64,000 nt of DNA from a virus, in the IMG/VR virus record IMGVR_UViG_3300018080_005856, positions 32,001 through 96,000 of that record. One strand, given 5' to 3'. Positions 1 through 8,554 of this stretch are shown here, one piece after another; within the stretch, counting starts at the first letter, position 1, and every line of letters starts with the position of its first letter. The position numbers and the translations under genes are program-made. Under the pieces are notes generated by a model that saw only the letters and a list, made by a program, of their open reading frames with translations, searched no databases and was not told the origin of the DNA.

Positions 1-70
1 ATAATCATGGTCACAAGAACATCCAAGCCACATTGTTGCCAGTAGTATTACGCATAGTTTTCTCATTTCT

Positions 71-259
71 TTATCTCCTTGCCTTGTCAGATGTACCTAT
101 CTGTTTATAATTATTATACCTTTCTGTTGCACTTATTCCTCGCCTATTGTTAAATATCCTTCTGTACCAATAGTTAACATCTTTTATGTGTCCACTAAAA
201 TCAGGTTGTTCTAATAAATATTCTACTTTGCATAAATGTAATAGTCTTTTATCTATCAT
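71..259 (-). CDS. hypothetical protein
   Basis: ORF 71..295; GGAGGG RBS favours the ATG at 259 (MIDKRLL). Confidence 0.6.
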   Translation of the reverse strand: MIDKRLLHLCKVEYLLEQPDFSGHIKDVNYWYRRIFNNRRGISATERYNNYKQIGTSDKARR

Positions 260-332
260 GTTTATCCCTCCGTATGATATTGAGCCGTCCTTCACACAAC
301 ATCACATATTGACTTCGGGCTTCGCCACATCG

Positions 333-698
333 TTAGTCGACATTGCCGCACTTTTTAGTTATGTTTGCAGCTAATTGATCTATATAGATTATTATTTTAT
401 TTCTCATTTCCTCCTGAGTATCCGCACGATACCTGTATTCGAGATAATCTTCTATCTGATTTATGGTATTCTGGTAACTGCGGCAACGGTCGTCTAGCAC
501 GGCATTTGAGTTCGCTTCGCACATTGCCTCATCCGGCTGTTTTTCCATGCATTCAGGACACTCAACATATGCATTGTCTTTTGTGGTATCATTTAATTTA
601 TCTTTATATTTGCCTCTTAATCCTTTAATAAATTCTTTCCTCATTTTATTCTCATCCTCTGATTCTAAAAAGTACTCGTGCTTACACTTTTTACTCAT
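333..698 (-). CDS. hypothetical protein with CxxC motif
   Basis: 121-aa ORF, co-oriented with neighbours, CPEC motif. Confidence 0.65.
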   Translation of the reverse strand: MSKKCKHEYFLESEDENKMRKEFIKGLRGKYKDKLNDTTKDNAYVECPECMEKQPDEAMCEANSNAVLDDRCRSYQNTINQIEDYLEYRYRADTQEEMRNKIIIYIDQLAANITKKCGNVD

Positions 699-729
699 AA
701 CACTTTCCCCATGTCCTTTCCTCTAATAT

Positions 730-802
730 TCGGGATAGAAGGATTCGAACCTTCGGACTCCTGGTCCCAAACCAGGCGTGGTGACCGCTCCACTATATCC
801 CG
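730..802 (-). tRNA. tRNA-Pro (anticodon TGG), CCA not encoded
   Basis: Minus-strand cloverleaf: acceptor CGGGATA/TATCCCG, D stem GTGG/CCAC, anticodon arm CCTGG-TTTGGGA-CCAGG, T arm GAAGG-TTCGAAT-CCTTC, discriminator A. Confidence 0.95.
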
Positions 803-1170
803 TTATCCCCGCTACTAGCATATCTTGACCAGACATTAACATTATGTGGTCCAAAACATGCTACTATGTTCCTGGCTGGGGTGTGTATAAATCCTTTCTC
901 TGAGTTCCCTTTATCATCCATTACATGTAACAATATTCTGACGGTATTGTTCTTGTCTATGCTCTGTATTTTACCTTCCACCCAGTGGGTTTTATGCAGC
1001 TTCTTTCCAGTGGTTGCTACTATTGGCGTGACCGCTTTATCAAAAGATATGGTAACTGCTTTATCCTTGTATTTTAACCAGCTATAGGCTCTCATAGTAT
1101 CAAACAAGCTAGGGGGCTCGCTAATGCACTTTGGACTGGGAGATTTCATCTTCCTTTTCCTCTTCCTCAT
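793..1170 (-). CDS. putative Sm/SH3-like beta-barrel protein (paralog family A)
   Basis: VEGKIQSIDKNNTVRILL...FIHTPARNIVAC pattern shared with other ~120-aa ORFs here; true start probably near 1149. Confidence 0.55.
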   Translation of the reverse strand: MRKRKRKMKSPSPKCISEPPSLFDTMRAYSWLKYKDKAVTISFDKAVTPIVATTGKKLHKTHWVEGKIQSIDKNNTVRILLHVMDDKGNSEKGFIHTPARNIVACFGPHNVNVWSRYASSGDNGI

Positions 1171-1633
1171 CCTTGTCTTCCTTCATTAGTTCTTCTAGTG
1201 TAATCCCCTTGGCACTCATTATAAGCTCGTTCAGCTTCATTCTGGCAAATGCATTATCTCCAGCTTCATCCTTCATCCTCCTTGCTATATCACGCAGCCT
1301 TTCCATAGGCATCTCACTGGCTATCTCTGTTGCTCTGCTCTCTAGCATACTCATAATGGACATGGGGCCACTGCTCGGTATGTTCTCTCTTAGGTCTGAC
1401 AAGAGCTCCATTCCATTTGCCAGCTTTCTGTATTGGTCTACGAACATTAGGGCGAATACTCTTATCCGGTTAGGGTCCTCGGTTATCATTTTCTCTATGG
1501 CCTCTACTCTTTCCGACTGAGTTTCAGCGTTTGTCATCATGTTGGATATTACCTCGGCCCCTTTCTCGGCTATTTCCTGGGTGATACCACAGGCCTCAAA
1601 CATTGACTCAGCATCATGGTTATAGTCTTTCAT
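1121..1633 (-). CDS. hypothetical helical protein with acidic tail
   Basis: 170-aa ORF with AAGGAGG RBS. Confidence 0.75.
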   Translation of the reverse strand: MKDYNHDAESMFEACGITQEIAEKGAEVISNMMTNAETQSERVEAIEKMITEDPNRIRVFALMFVDQYRKLANGMELLSDLRENIPSSGPMSIMSMLESRATEIASEMPMERLRDIARRMKDEAGDNAFARMKLNELIMSAKGITLEELMKEDKDEEEEKEDEISQSKVH

Positions 1634-1649
1634 ATCTTCCTCCTTGGGT

Positions 1650-1895
1650 CTATATAAATACTAGATCATTTGGGTTTGTTGCTACCCCTGTGTAGTTCAT
1701 AAACTCTTTCCAGTTGTTATCACAATGGAATACAACAAACACATACTTATCATTCCATGACTTTATTACGCCAACATCTACGCCATTCACATTCTTTGTT
1801 CCTTCTCTGAGTGCATCCAGTATGTTGACATGGTTAGCATGGTATAATACTGTCCTGCCTATGTCCCTATCTGTCAATGAATTTATCTCTATCAT
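1650..1895 (-). CDS. hypothetical SH3-like phage protein
   Basis: DIGRTVLY...GVIKSWNDKYVFV...ATNPNDLVF pattern common in small phage proteins. Confidence 0.7.
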   Translation of the reverse strand: MIEINSLTDRDIGRTVLYHANHVNILDALREGTKNVNGVDVGVIKSWNDKYVFVVFHCDNNWKEFMNYTGVATNPNDLVFI

Positions 1896-2323
1896 ATAAG
1901 TGCTCCATTATTGTCAGTAGCAGCTGGTTCAAATGTATAAAGGATGTCTTCTTCTCTTATCGTAGTTTCCAGAACATCAGCTATGTTATTCTTCAGAAAC
2001 GAGAGTGAGCATACCTTTTCCTTTATTGTTTTTGGAAGGAACATATCAAGGCACAGGGCGCTTCTAACAGCTCTGATCAAATGTATCTTGTCTATCCCCG
2101 TGAGGCTCCTGTTGGATCTCCAATTCCTCTTTGACCATTCCATAATGGCCCTTTCCCATTTCGCTATGTCCTTCGGGTACTTTCTAAACGATAACTGTCT
2201 TACCCCAAATACAGTCTTATGTACTGTAATCGCATATATATTATTAAGAAGACTAATAAATATTGCTCTTCCTCCAAGTTGTAATCCGGGTTGTGATCCA
2301 GATTGTTTATGTAGCTTGATCAT
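1892..2323 (-). CDS. hypothetical protein
   Basis: 143-aa ORF overlapping the next gene by 4 nt. Confidence 0.65.
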   Translation of the reverse strand: MIKLHKQSGSQPGLQLGGRAIFISLLNNIYAITVHKTVFGVRQLSFRKYPKDIAKWERAIMEWSKRNWRSNRSLTGIDKIHLIRAVRSALCLDMFLPKTIKEKVCSLSFLKNNIADVLETTIREEDILYTFEPAATDNNGALI

Positions 2324-2346
2324 CTCAATTCTCCAGGTTGTGAAAA

Positions 2347-2694
2347 CTACTCTTCATGTACCATGAAGCATTCTACCTCTAATGCTTCGTCCTCGTTCAA
2401 AACATCCAGATATTGATCCGGATATGGTACCAGATTTATATCTTCTATATTATGCTCAGGTACATCGAAGACTATTGATGGGTATACTGTACCCAGATTT
2501 GCAATCATAGTTACAGTTTCCCTTTCCGGAGATATTCTCTTCAACAAGACAGATAGTCTACGATATCCTCTGTTGTACGGGCCCATTCTAAAAGGACTAA
2601 ACTCTATTGGCATATAGAACCTAACGTTGCATATCTTGCCAACAAGATTGGTGAACCTTCCCATTCGGATAACCTTTGTTATGTCGTGACACAT
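2347..2694 (-). CDS. putative Sm-like protein (paralog family A)
   Basis: LVGKICNVRF...LLKRISPERETVTM...FDVPEHNIEDI. Confidence 0.55.
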   Translation of the reverse strand: MCHDITKVIRMGRFTNLVGKICNVRFYMPIEFSPFRMGPYNRGYRRLSVLLKRISPERETVTMIANLGTVYPSIVFDVPEHNIEDINLVPYPDQYLDVLNEDEALEVECFMVHEE

Positions 2695-3062
2695 TAACTA
2701 TTTCCTGCGAAATCCTTTATCTTAACGATCTTTATAAACCCCGTATGGTATAACTCTTTTAGGGTGTCCATATGTATGCCTTTACAGCTATAATGGTCTG
2801 GTTTACCACTCTCATCTATCAACTTCATTATATTAGTCATAGAGGTATGTTCTACAGCCTGGTAGAGTGCGGCTTTGGCATGGTGTTCCTTTCCCCATGA
2901 ATGTTTGCCCTTCAGTGTCTTGACTCTCTTACCGTCTACCACAATACAGTATCCATCTTCATCGTCCATGACTTTGGTACTACTTTCTATGGCTTTCACA
3001 ACGGCGGCTCTGAAGCTCTTCTTCCTTATTTCTTCTGTGATATTAACCTTATCATTACTCAT
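2694..3062 (-). CDS. hypothetical protein
   Basis: 122-aa ORF, TAATG coupling to the next gene. Confidence 0.7.
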   Translation of the reverse strand: MSNDKVNITEEIRKKSFRAAVVKAIESSTKVMDDEDGYCIVVDGKRVKTLKGKHSWGKEHHAKAALYQAVEHTSMTNIMKLIDESGKPDHYSCKGIHMDTLKELYHTGFIKIVKIKDFAGNS

Positions 3063-3068
3063 CTTTGC

Positions 3069-3440
3069 TTATTCTCCATTAACAATTGAGATTTCCGCCT
3101 CCCTCGCGTGACCTTCTCTGATCTCACGAATTATGTCTTTTACTGTGGTTGTGTTAAAGTCTACTACTGGATCTACTACTGGATTGTGGGTAATCCTTCT
3201 TATATACGTTGCTGGGATTCCCAAAAGAAGTACAATACCTTCAAAATATCCTGCTACATTAATTGTCCTAAGGTCTTCTGATATTTCCAGAACTACCACA
3301 TTCAAGGTGTCATATTGTCCAAACTCTTTGTATCCTGCTACCGTTATCATTACGTTCAAGTATATACGAGTGAAGCTATTAAGGTAGGGTTTAAAACCTT
3401 CAGCACGTAGTATATCTAATATATCCACACTTTGTTTCAT
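3069..3440 (-). CDS. putative Sm-like protein (paralog family A)
   Basis: VVVLEISEDLRTINV...GIPATYIRRI; clearly similar to the adjacent 3437..3769. Confidence 0.6.
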   Translation of the reverse strand: MKQSVDILDILRAEGFKPYLNSFTRIYLNVMITVAGYKEFGQYDTLNVVVLEISEDLRTINVAGYFEGIVLLLGIPATYIRRITHNPVVDPVVDFNTTTVKDIIREIREGHAREAEISIVNGE

Positions 3441-3769
3441 AGCAGGGACACCTCAGCTTTCTCGAAGGCTTCGCTCTTGAACATATCAATAAGACGTTTG
3501 CTGTGCATATCACCAAGGCTAAGAGGCTCCACTCTCCTTACAAATCTTATAGGAATATCAGACAGAATGTTACAAGAATACCCAAAGTCGTATATTAGCC
3601 TAACATGTGAACAATCTTCTGATATTCCTAGTATTACCCCTACAAGCTCAAGTCCCCGCCATACCTCTTTGTCAGCAACTACATTAGCCAGTTTAATGAA
3701 ACAAATACAGCACAGTCTATTACTAAGCTCGGTAAACTGTGCCGCACGTATTACATCAGTGATGTTCAT
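3437..3769 (-). CDS. putative Sm-like protein (paralog family A)
   Basis: LVGVILGISEDCSHVRL...DIPIRFVRRVEP. Confidence 0.6.
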   Translation of the reverse strand: MNITDVIRAAQFTELSNRLCCICFIKLANVVADKEVWRGLELVGVILGISEDCSHVRLIYDFGYSCNILSDIPIRFVRRVEPLSLGDMHSKRLIDMFKSEAFEKAEVSLL

Positions 3770-3774
3770 GGTGC

Positions 3775-4392
3775 CTATTTCATTATCTTCATAAGGTTAT
3801 CTTTTCCCATTCTCCTCAGGGCACGCTCCAGAAACTCTTGACTGTTGCAACGTATCTCTTGGGACGGTGGAGAATACCGACTGGAGAAAGTTACGGTGGC
3901 TAAGCTGTTAGTCTGGGTATCATAACAGATACCATACCTGCAACTTCTCCTGGGCTCTAGCTCGTCTAGTTCTTCTGCGAGGTCTCTAAGGCTTTGCGCT
4001 ATTATAAGAGCTTCTACATACTCTTCAGCTTCTTCCTCTGTCTTGAAGTAGTTTCCTATAGAGAATCTGAAATTATCTTCTCCACTTCTGGCATCTACAG
4101 TTTCCTCAATGGCTCCGTCATTTCCGACAAAGTGGTATGTGTCAAACCGTTTGCGCTTGCTGGTGCTCCGATGTTCTCCTCTCTCAAGCTTATCGATGTC
4201 CTCGCTCAGCTCTCTCACTTGCCTCTGATACATCAAAACACTATCTTCTAGAACTAGAAGCCTGTTGTCAATCTCCGATAGAGCATCTTTGATTTCCCTA
4301 TTTGAAAGACTCTTAGATATTGGTGCTTTAGATTTAGTGGGCATTATGTTCCTCCTTTTCTTCACAGATATTGTGCGTATATCTCTTGTCAT
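3775..4392 (-). CDS. hypothetical protein, coiled coil plus GNYF motif
   Basis: DNFRFSIGNYFKTEEEAE motif typical of small phage proteins; true start probably MPTKSK after the AGGAGG. Confidence 0.7.
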   Translation of the reverse strand: MTRDIRTISVKKRRNIMPTKSKAPISKSLSNREIKDALSEIDNRLLVLEDSVLMYQRQVRELSEDIDKLERGEHRSTSKRKRFDTYHFVGNDGAIEETVDARSGEDNFRFSIGNYFKTEEEAEEYVEALIIAQSLRDLAEELDELEPRRSCRYGICYDTQTNSLATVTFSSRYSPPSQEIRCNSQEFLERALRRMGKDNLMKIMK

Positions 4393-5101
4393 AGTTTGCT
4401 GTTGCTATTTCCAGAATTTCCCTGTTTATAGCTTTACCATGTTTATGAAACTCGAATGGTATATCACCAAACATATGAGATCCAAAACTACTAGAGAAGA
4501 ATTTCATCATATAGTTTTCTAGAATCCTGTTGTCTATTGATTGTACCAGTTCTACTAACAACGAAATGCCGTGTTTCCCTACAACCCGAGCTAGTGTTTC
4601 CACATCTTCCCTATTAGCAGCTCCACAAATTGTATGTATTGTAGGGCCCATGTGGCCCGTGTTTGCATATATCATGCATACATTCAGCATCCTATAACAG
4701 TTTTCACCAAACTTCTCTGCTTGATATGTTCTCAGTCTCTCGCCATATGTTCCTCTTCTGTAGAATACGTATCTATCTACGTCACCATCTAACATACCAA
4801 AGAACTTTAATGCTACCATGGTAGTCATCCACATGTTGATGTAATCTTCTTCCTTGCTTATGTATTTAAGCAGCTTCTTTGAAATCCATGGTATTTCATC
4901 TCCTGCTAGATCTGTTCTCTCGAAGAGTTCCAACATGGTTACCTCACTTTTGCCTCCGAATAGTTCCTCTACTCTTCTTCTTGGGTAGCCAGAACATGGC
5001 TTCCATGACATTATTAAACCTGGGGTCAGGGTTATCATATGATATTCCTCCTTTATTGTAATTTGTAGGTATAGAAACGAATAAACTATTCGAACGAACA
5101 C
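4334..5101 (-). CDS. hypothetical protein
   Basis: 255-aa ORF; AAGGAGG RBS favours a start at MITLTPG (~5038). Confidence 0.7.
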   Translation of the reverse strand: MFVRIVYSFLYLQITIKEEYHMITLTPGLIMSWKPCSGYPRRRVEELFGGKSEVTMLELFERTDLAGDEIPWISKKLLKYISKEEDYINMWMTTMVALKFFGMLDGDVDRYVFYRRGTYGERLRTYQAEKFGENCYRMLNVCMIYANTGHMGPTIHTICGAANREDVETLARVVGKHGISLLVELVQSIDNRILENYMMKFFSSSFGSHMFGDIPFEFHKHGKAINREILEIATANYDKRYTHNICEEKEEHNAH

Positions 5102-5454
5102 TTAACCATAGTTGGTTTTGTACCGGACTTAGGTTGCGAATGAGTCCATGTATACATTGAGGGTACAGTATGTATCTCTCCTATCTTATCAAAGGGTATC
5201 CACATTCTTACTCGTGGGTATCCATACATGAAGGAGGAGTACTCGAATAATAGTTCATAATTATCATTTGTTCTTATCACTATTCCGTCTAGCTTGGAGG
5301 ATCTGTATATTTGACTCTTTTGGTCCTTCTCCTGGAGGATATTAACCTTTATCGCCCCGGCTATATGAATAACCACATGCTGGCCTATCTTATCTTCTAT
5401 GGATACTCGCCTCAGTTCGTTGAATATGTTAGCCACAGTGTGTCTCCTTCTCAT
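5086..5454 (-). CDS. putative Sm-like protein (paralog family A)
   Basis: KIGQHVVIHI...LDGIVIRTNDNYELLF...WIPFDKIGEIHTV. Confidence 0.6.
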   Translation of the reverse strand: MRRRHTVANIFNELRRVSIEDKIGQHVVIHIAGAIKVNILQEKDQKSQIYRSSKLDGIVIRTNDNYELLFEYSSFMYGYPRVRMWIPFDKIGEIHTVPSMYTWTHSQPKSGTKPTMVKCSFE

Positions 5455-5855
5455 GCCGTAACGTAATATGTTGTTGTTTCATAGGACGCATACACTCCTC
5501 CAACATGGGCGGACATTTTGGAGTTGGTCCTAGGGTTGTCGTATAACATCTCCCAGGTTTCGCTACATCTTATCCTTCTTATACCGTAAATGAGATCTGC
5601 TGTTGTAGTATTTCTACCTGGAAAACCACTGCTGTGTGGCTGGATGAATATCTCAAACCCACTGTTGTATGCCAACTCGCGGATAGAGCTGATGTATACC
5701 CTAAATAAGTAATCTTGAATGAGCGATACATCTATATCTACAGGTCTTTTAGTAGATATAAGATTGCATAATCTTAAGGCCTGGCAGAAACCTATTTCAT
5801 CCACAAGGGCTTGCGGTAGCAAGCTGTGATTTGTCATGTCATTCCTCCTGCACAA
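5451..5855 (-). CDS. hypothetical protein
   Basis: ORF coupled to neighbours; start likely ~5837 after AGGAGG. Confidence 0.6.
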   Translation of the reverse strand: MCRRNDMTNHSLLPQALVDEIGFCQALRLCNLISTKRPVDIDVSLIQDYLFRVYISSIRELAYNSGFEIFIQPHSSGFPGRNTTTADLIYGIRRIRCSETWEMLYDNPRTNSKMSAHVGGVYASYETTTYYVTA

Positions 5856-6213
5856 ACTTATCTAGGGATTTGGCGTTTACTCCAACAATTACATCCCATT
5901 CTGCGACGGTTGGCTTTACCATGTGCCTTGGTACTATACTGCTTATAGCATCAAAAGGAATTACAGCTCTCAAATCAATACTACTAGAAATGATTTGGTC
6001 TGGGCCAACCCTTGAATCAACAGTGAAACTATTATTGTCTACATATGTTACAATCCCATCCATGCATTCCACATATATGTTGGCTCTACTGTCAGGAATT
6101 AGATCATTATCATTTGCTGGTACCAGTACACATCTTTTCCCAATGTACTGTTCCAGTGACTTTCTTCTAAGTACATTAAACACAGTGGGAGATCTTTTTG
6201 ACATGTCAACCAA
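5839..6213 (-). CDS. putative Sm/Hfq-like protein (paralog family A)
   Basis: YIGKRCVLV...MDGIVTYVDNNSFTV...VIPFDAISSIVP resembles the Hfq Sm2 motif (VYKHAISTVVP); ATG at 6204. Confidence 0.6.
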   Translation of the reverse strand: MVDMSKRSPTVFNVLRRKSLEQYIGKRCVLVPANDNDLIPDSRANIYVECMDGIVTYVDNNSFTVDSRVGPDQIISSSIDLRAVIPFDAISSIVPRHMVKPTVAEWDVIVGVNAKSLDKFVQEE

Positions 6214-6373
6214 GCTCCATTACCTTAGCTTTCTTCTTAGTTCTGTAATAGTCAAGCACAAATTCTATATTCTTACCTATAGACCATTTACCCATAGGGG
6301 CGCTCTCTACAACTATTCCGTTCTCTTCTCTCAGACCGAAGACCCCATAAGGTAACTCTATTCTGTACCACAT
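6206..6373 (-). CDS. small hypothetical protein (55 aa, not in ORF track)
   Basis: MWYRIELPYGVFGLREENGIVVESAPMGKWSIGK...; exactly fills the gap, with a GGAAGG RBS. Confidence 0.7.
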   Translation of the reverse strand: MWYRIELPYGVFGLREENGIVVESAPMGKWSIGKNIEFVLDYYRTKKKAKVMELG

Positions 6374-6374
6374 T

Positions 6375-6788
6375 TTATACCTTCCTAAACTTTATCCACT
6401 CTTTCCCATTCCATATCACATTATCATCCAATAAAGTTTCAGAGCTGCATTCCAATACATTGGCTAGATCTTCTTCATTGGGAGTATGTCTTCTCAGAAT
6501 ATCCTCATTTGTAACAGGGCTTACTGAGCGTATTTTGTCCACTGGTAGTGGTGCCAAAAAGGCAGTTCTTGTATCTATTAGTTTACCTTTTGGAGTTTCT
6601 CTCTTCCAGTGCATCACAAATAGTATACGGAGTTCTTCTCTATTTATGTCTAGTTGTTTGATAATAGCATAAAGGGAATACTTCGATTCTCTTAGTGATA
6701 TTAGACTAAGCATGTTCTTCATAGGGATATACCCAACCATTCTCAGGCAACTCATTGCGTTTATGTTACTATCCATCATACTCCTCAT
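6375..6788 (-). CDS. putative Sm-like protein (paralog family A)
   Basis: LYAIIKQLDINREELRILFV...APLPVDKIRSVSPV. Confidence 0.55.
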   Translation of the reverse strand: MRSMMDSNINAMSCLRMVGYIPMKNMLSLISLRESKYSLYAIIKQLDINREELRILFVMHWKRETPKGKLIDTRTAFLAPLPVDKIRSVSPVTNEDILRRHTPNEEDLANVLECSSETLLDDNVIWNGKEWIKFRKV

Positions 6789-7146
6789 TACATAGTATTC
6801 TGAGCCTGCACGGAGATATGCGTCTTATGGTTATTGTGTTGTTTATACCCATATAGTCGAAGGCATTTTCTGTTTCTACTATCCTGAAGCATTCCCCTAT
6901 ATGATCCTTTGAAAGTGTTCGCAGGAAGACAGCTGAGAACCTTTTTCCATCTATGACATATGTATCAGTCTCTGGTTCGTAAACCATGGTATCTTGTACT
7001 GATAGTAATGTTAACCATGGGAATAACAGCCAACGTAACCACGATGGTACTCTTTCTCCCTCTTTTCGTTTGAGTATCTTCCTGAAAATGACCCTGGCTA
7101 CAGTCCTCTTGTACTTCAGGTACTTATTGATAAGCTTGCTAATCAT
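6769..7146 (-). CDS. hypothetical protein
   Basis: 125-aa ORF in operon. Confidence 0.7.
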   Translation of the reverse strand: MISKLINKYLKYKRTVARVIFRKILKRKEGERVPSWLRWLLFPWLTLLSVQDTMVYEPETDTYVIDGKRFSAVFLRTLSKDHIGECFRIVETENAFDYMGINNTITIRRISPCRLRILCNEEYDG

Positions 7147-7150
7147 GGGA

Positions 7151-7675
7151 TTAACCTGCCTTCTTCTTTCTTAACGGTTTTCCTTTGACCTTGGCCACTT
7201 CCGCAGATAGTTTGTCCAAAATGGATACCGCCGCTTTGGAAACACGTGATAGTTTATCCTTCAGCAGTTGGATGTCATACTCTATCGATTCAAAGAACTC
7301 AGTTCTAAGGTCTTCATCGCTTATAACATCGGTATATTTCATATAGCCACGACCAGATGTTCTGTTTCCTGGAGTGGATACATATTCTCTTACCTCTATT
7401 GGCTTTGCTTGTTTTCCTCCAGGTATGACAACTATTTTCATTTCCCTTATGAGTTCTGACGCTACTCCTAGATTGTACTTCTCTGCCGCTTTCTTCGTAT
7501 CCCATTCAAACGCATGATACTTATGTGTATACGACTTAGGGTTCTTGGCCAGTTTGTAAACCATATACTGATCCAGGTAACCGTCGTTATTGTCGCAAAG
7601 TTCCTTCAGTTCCTTTCTTATCTGGGACCTCACGTTAGGACCACGCTTCTTTCTAGTTGCTTTCTCGTTCTTCAT
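7151..7675 (-). CDS. accessory protein of the RAMP/VIPR-like module (FEWD motif family)
   Basis: GYLDQYMVYKLAKNPKSYTHKYHAFEWDTKKAAEKYNLGVASELI matches a phage family (G.L....V...A....S..H..FEWD...AA..Y.L..A..LI) that I recall next to phage Cas7-like genes; strong CAGGAGG RBS. Confidence 0.7.
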   Translation of the reverse strand: MKNEKATRKKRGPNVRSQIRKELKELCDNNDGYLDQYMVYKLAKNPKSYTHKYHAFEWDTKKAAEKYNLGVASELIREMKIVVIPGGKQAKPIEVREYVSTPGNRTSGRGYMKYTDVISDEDLRTEFFESIEYDIQLLKDKLSRVSKAAVSILDKLSAEVAKVKGKPLRKKKAG

Positions 7676-7706
7676 GTTGTTCCTCCTGTTATATATTATA
7701 TATGTT

Positions 7707-7728
7707 AAAAGAGAGGCCGAAGCCTCTC
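7707..7728 (-). terminator. intrinsic terminator closing the periodic RNA
   Basis: GAGAGGC-TTCG-GCCTCTC hairpin followed by TTTT on the minus strand. Confidence 0.85.
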
Positions 7729-7741
7729 ATAACTTTGATGC

Positions 7742-7796
7742 AGACGAGTTGAATTGTGATGACTTGAACTGCTTCAAATCGTGACGCGAGGACCCG
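7742..7796 (-). ncRNA. 5-nt-periodic putative guide RNA (CRN-NN x11), VIPR-RNA-like
   Basis: Minus strand: CGG GT, CCT CG, CGT CA, CGA TT, TGA AG, CAG TT, CAA GT, CAT CA, CAA TT, CAA CT, CGT CT; C in phase in 10/11 units and a purine at the next position in 10/11; lies between a promoter-like motif (7816-7829) and a terminator. Confidence 0.7.
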
Positions 7797-7829
7797 GCAA
7801 CTATTATTCATAGTTCATATATATGGAAA

Positions 7830-8471
7830 CTACTTATCAGATATCTTAAATCTGCCATTCATTCCACCCTTTCCAGATTTAGCTTCAGCTCTTCCAACGC
7901 CCAAACCAACTTCAAGGCCGGCTCTGTGCATCAGTTCTGTCAGTGTTTTTACCGATATTGTATCGGCATCATACTCTACCCTTGCCTTGATGCTCCATGT
8001 TTCCCACATTGTGCATATTGACGCCACAGATTTACCTTGGTCAGTTCTCACTACCCTGGGTAAGCATACTGGTGTTCCAACTACCTCTATAACCGGTGTT
8101 CCACATCTCCTATCAACCCCATCAGCCAGAGAGAATACCGTTTGTTTCATCTGGTTCATGGTGAGATCCGTATTCCTTGCTGCAGAGATTAGAGCAGACC
8201 TTATGGATAATGCACTTATTCCTATCTTGCCTTTTCCAAAGGTGTACCTGCTTTCTAAGTATAAGTACTCAAGATCAGGTTTCTCCTCCGCACCTCTCCT
8301 TGCTCGCTTCCCCGGTTCCTTGTCGAATAGGGACTTTATAATTCTGTCCCTCGATTCCCCTGACATTCTGTGACATATCAGTGGAGAAATACCCTTAAGA
8401 TGAAATACAACTATCTTGTGGTTGGGCATCACAGATAGTACTTGTTCCTTACTTTTCTTTGATGGTGCCAT
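7830..8471 (-). CDS. Cas7/RAMP-like protein (Vipr-like), 213 aa
   Basis: First strand VVFHLKGISPLICH, ISALSIRSALISAAR helix, WSIKARVEYD strand and C-terminal glycine-rich loop AGLEVGLGVGRAEAKSGKGGMNGRFKI; GAAAGGAGG RBS sets the start at 8471. Confidence 0.8.
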   Translation of the reverse strand: MAPSKKSKEQVLSVMPNHKIVVFHLKGISPLICHRMSGESRDRIIKSLFDKEPGKRARRGAEEKPDLEYLYLESRYTFGKGKIGISALSIRSALISAARNTDLTMNQMKQTVFSLADGVDRRCGTPVIEVVGTPVCLPRVVRTDQGKSVASICTMWETWSIKARVEYDADTISVKTLTELMHRAGLEVGLGVGRAEAKSGKGGMNGRFKISDK

Positions 8472-8554
8472 GAGTGTCCTCCTTTCTATATTTTCAGGAA
8501 TATGGAAACTACAGATTGGGACATTGGGTTCCAGACCTTGGAAAGAAAGGGGAC

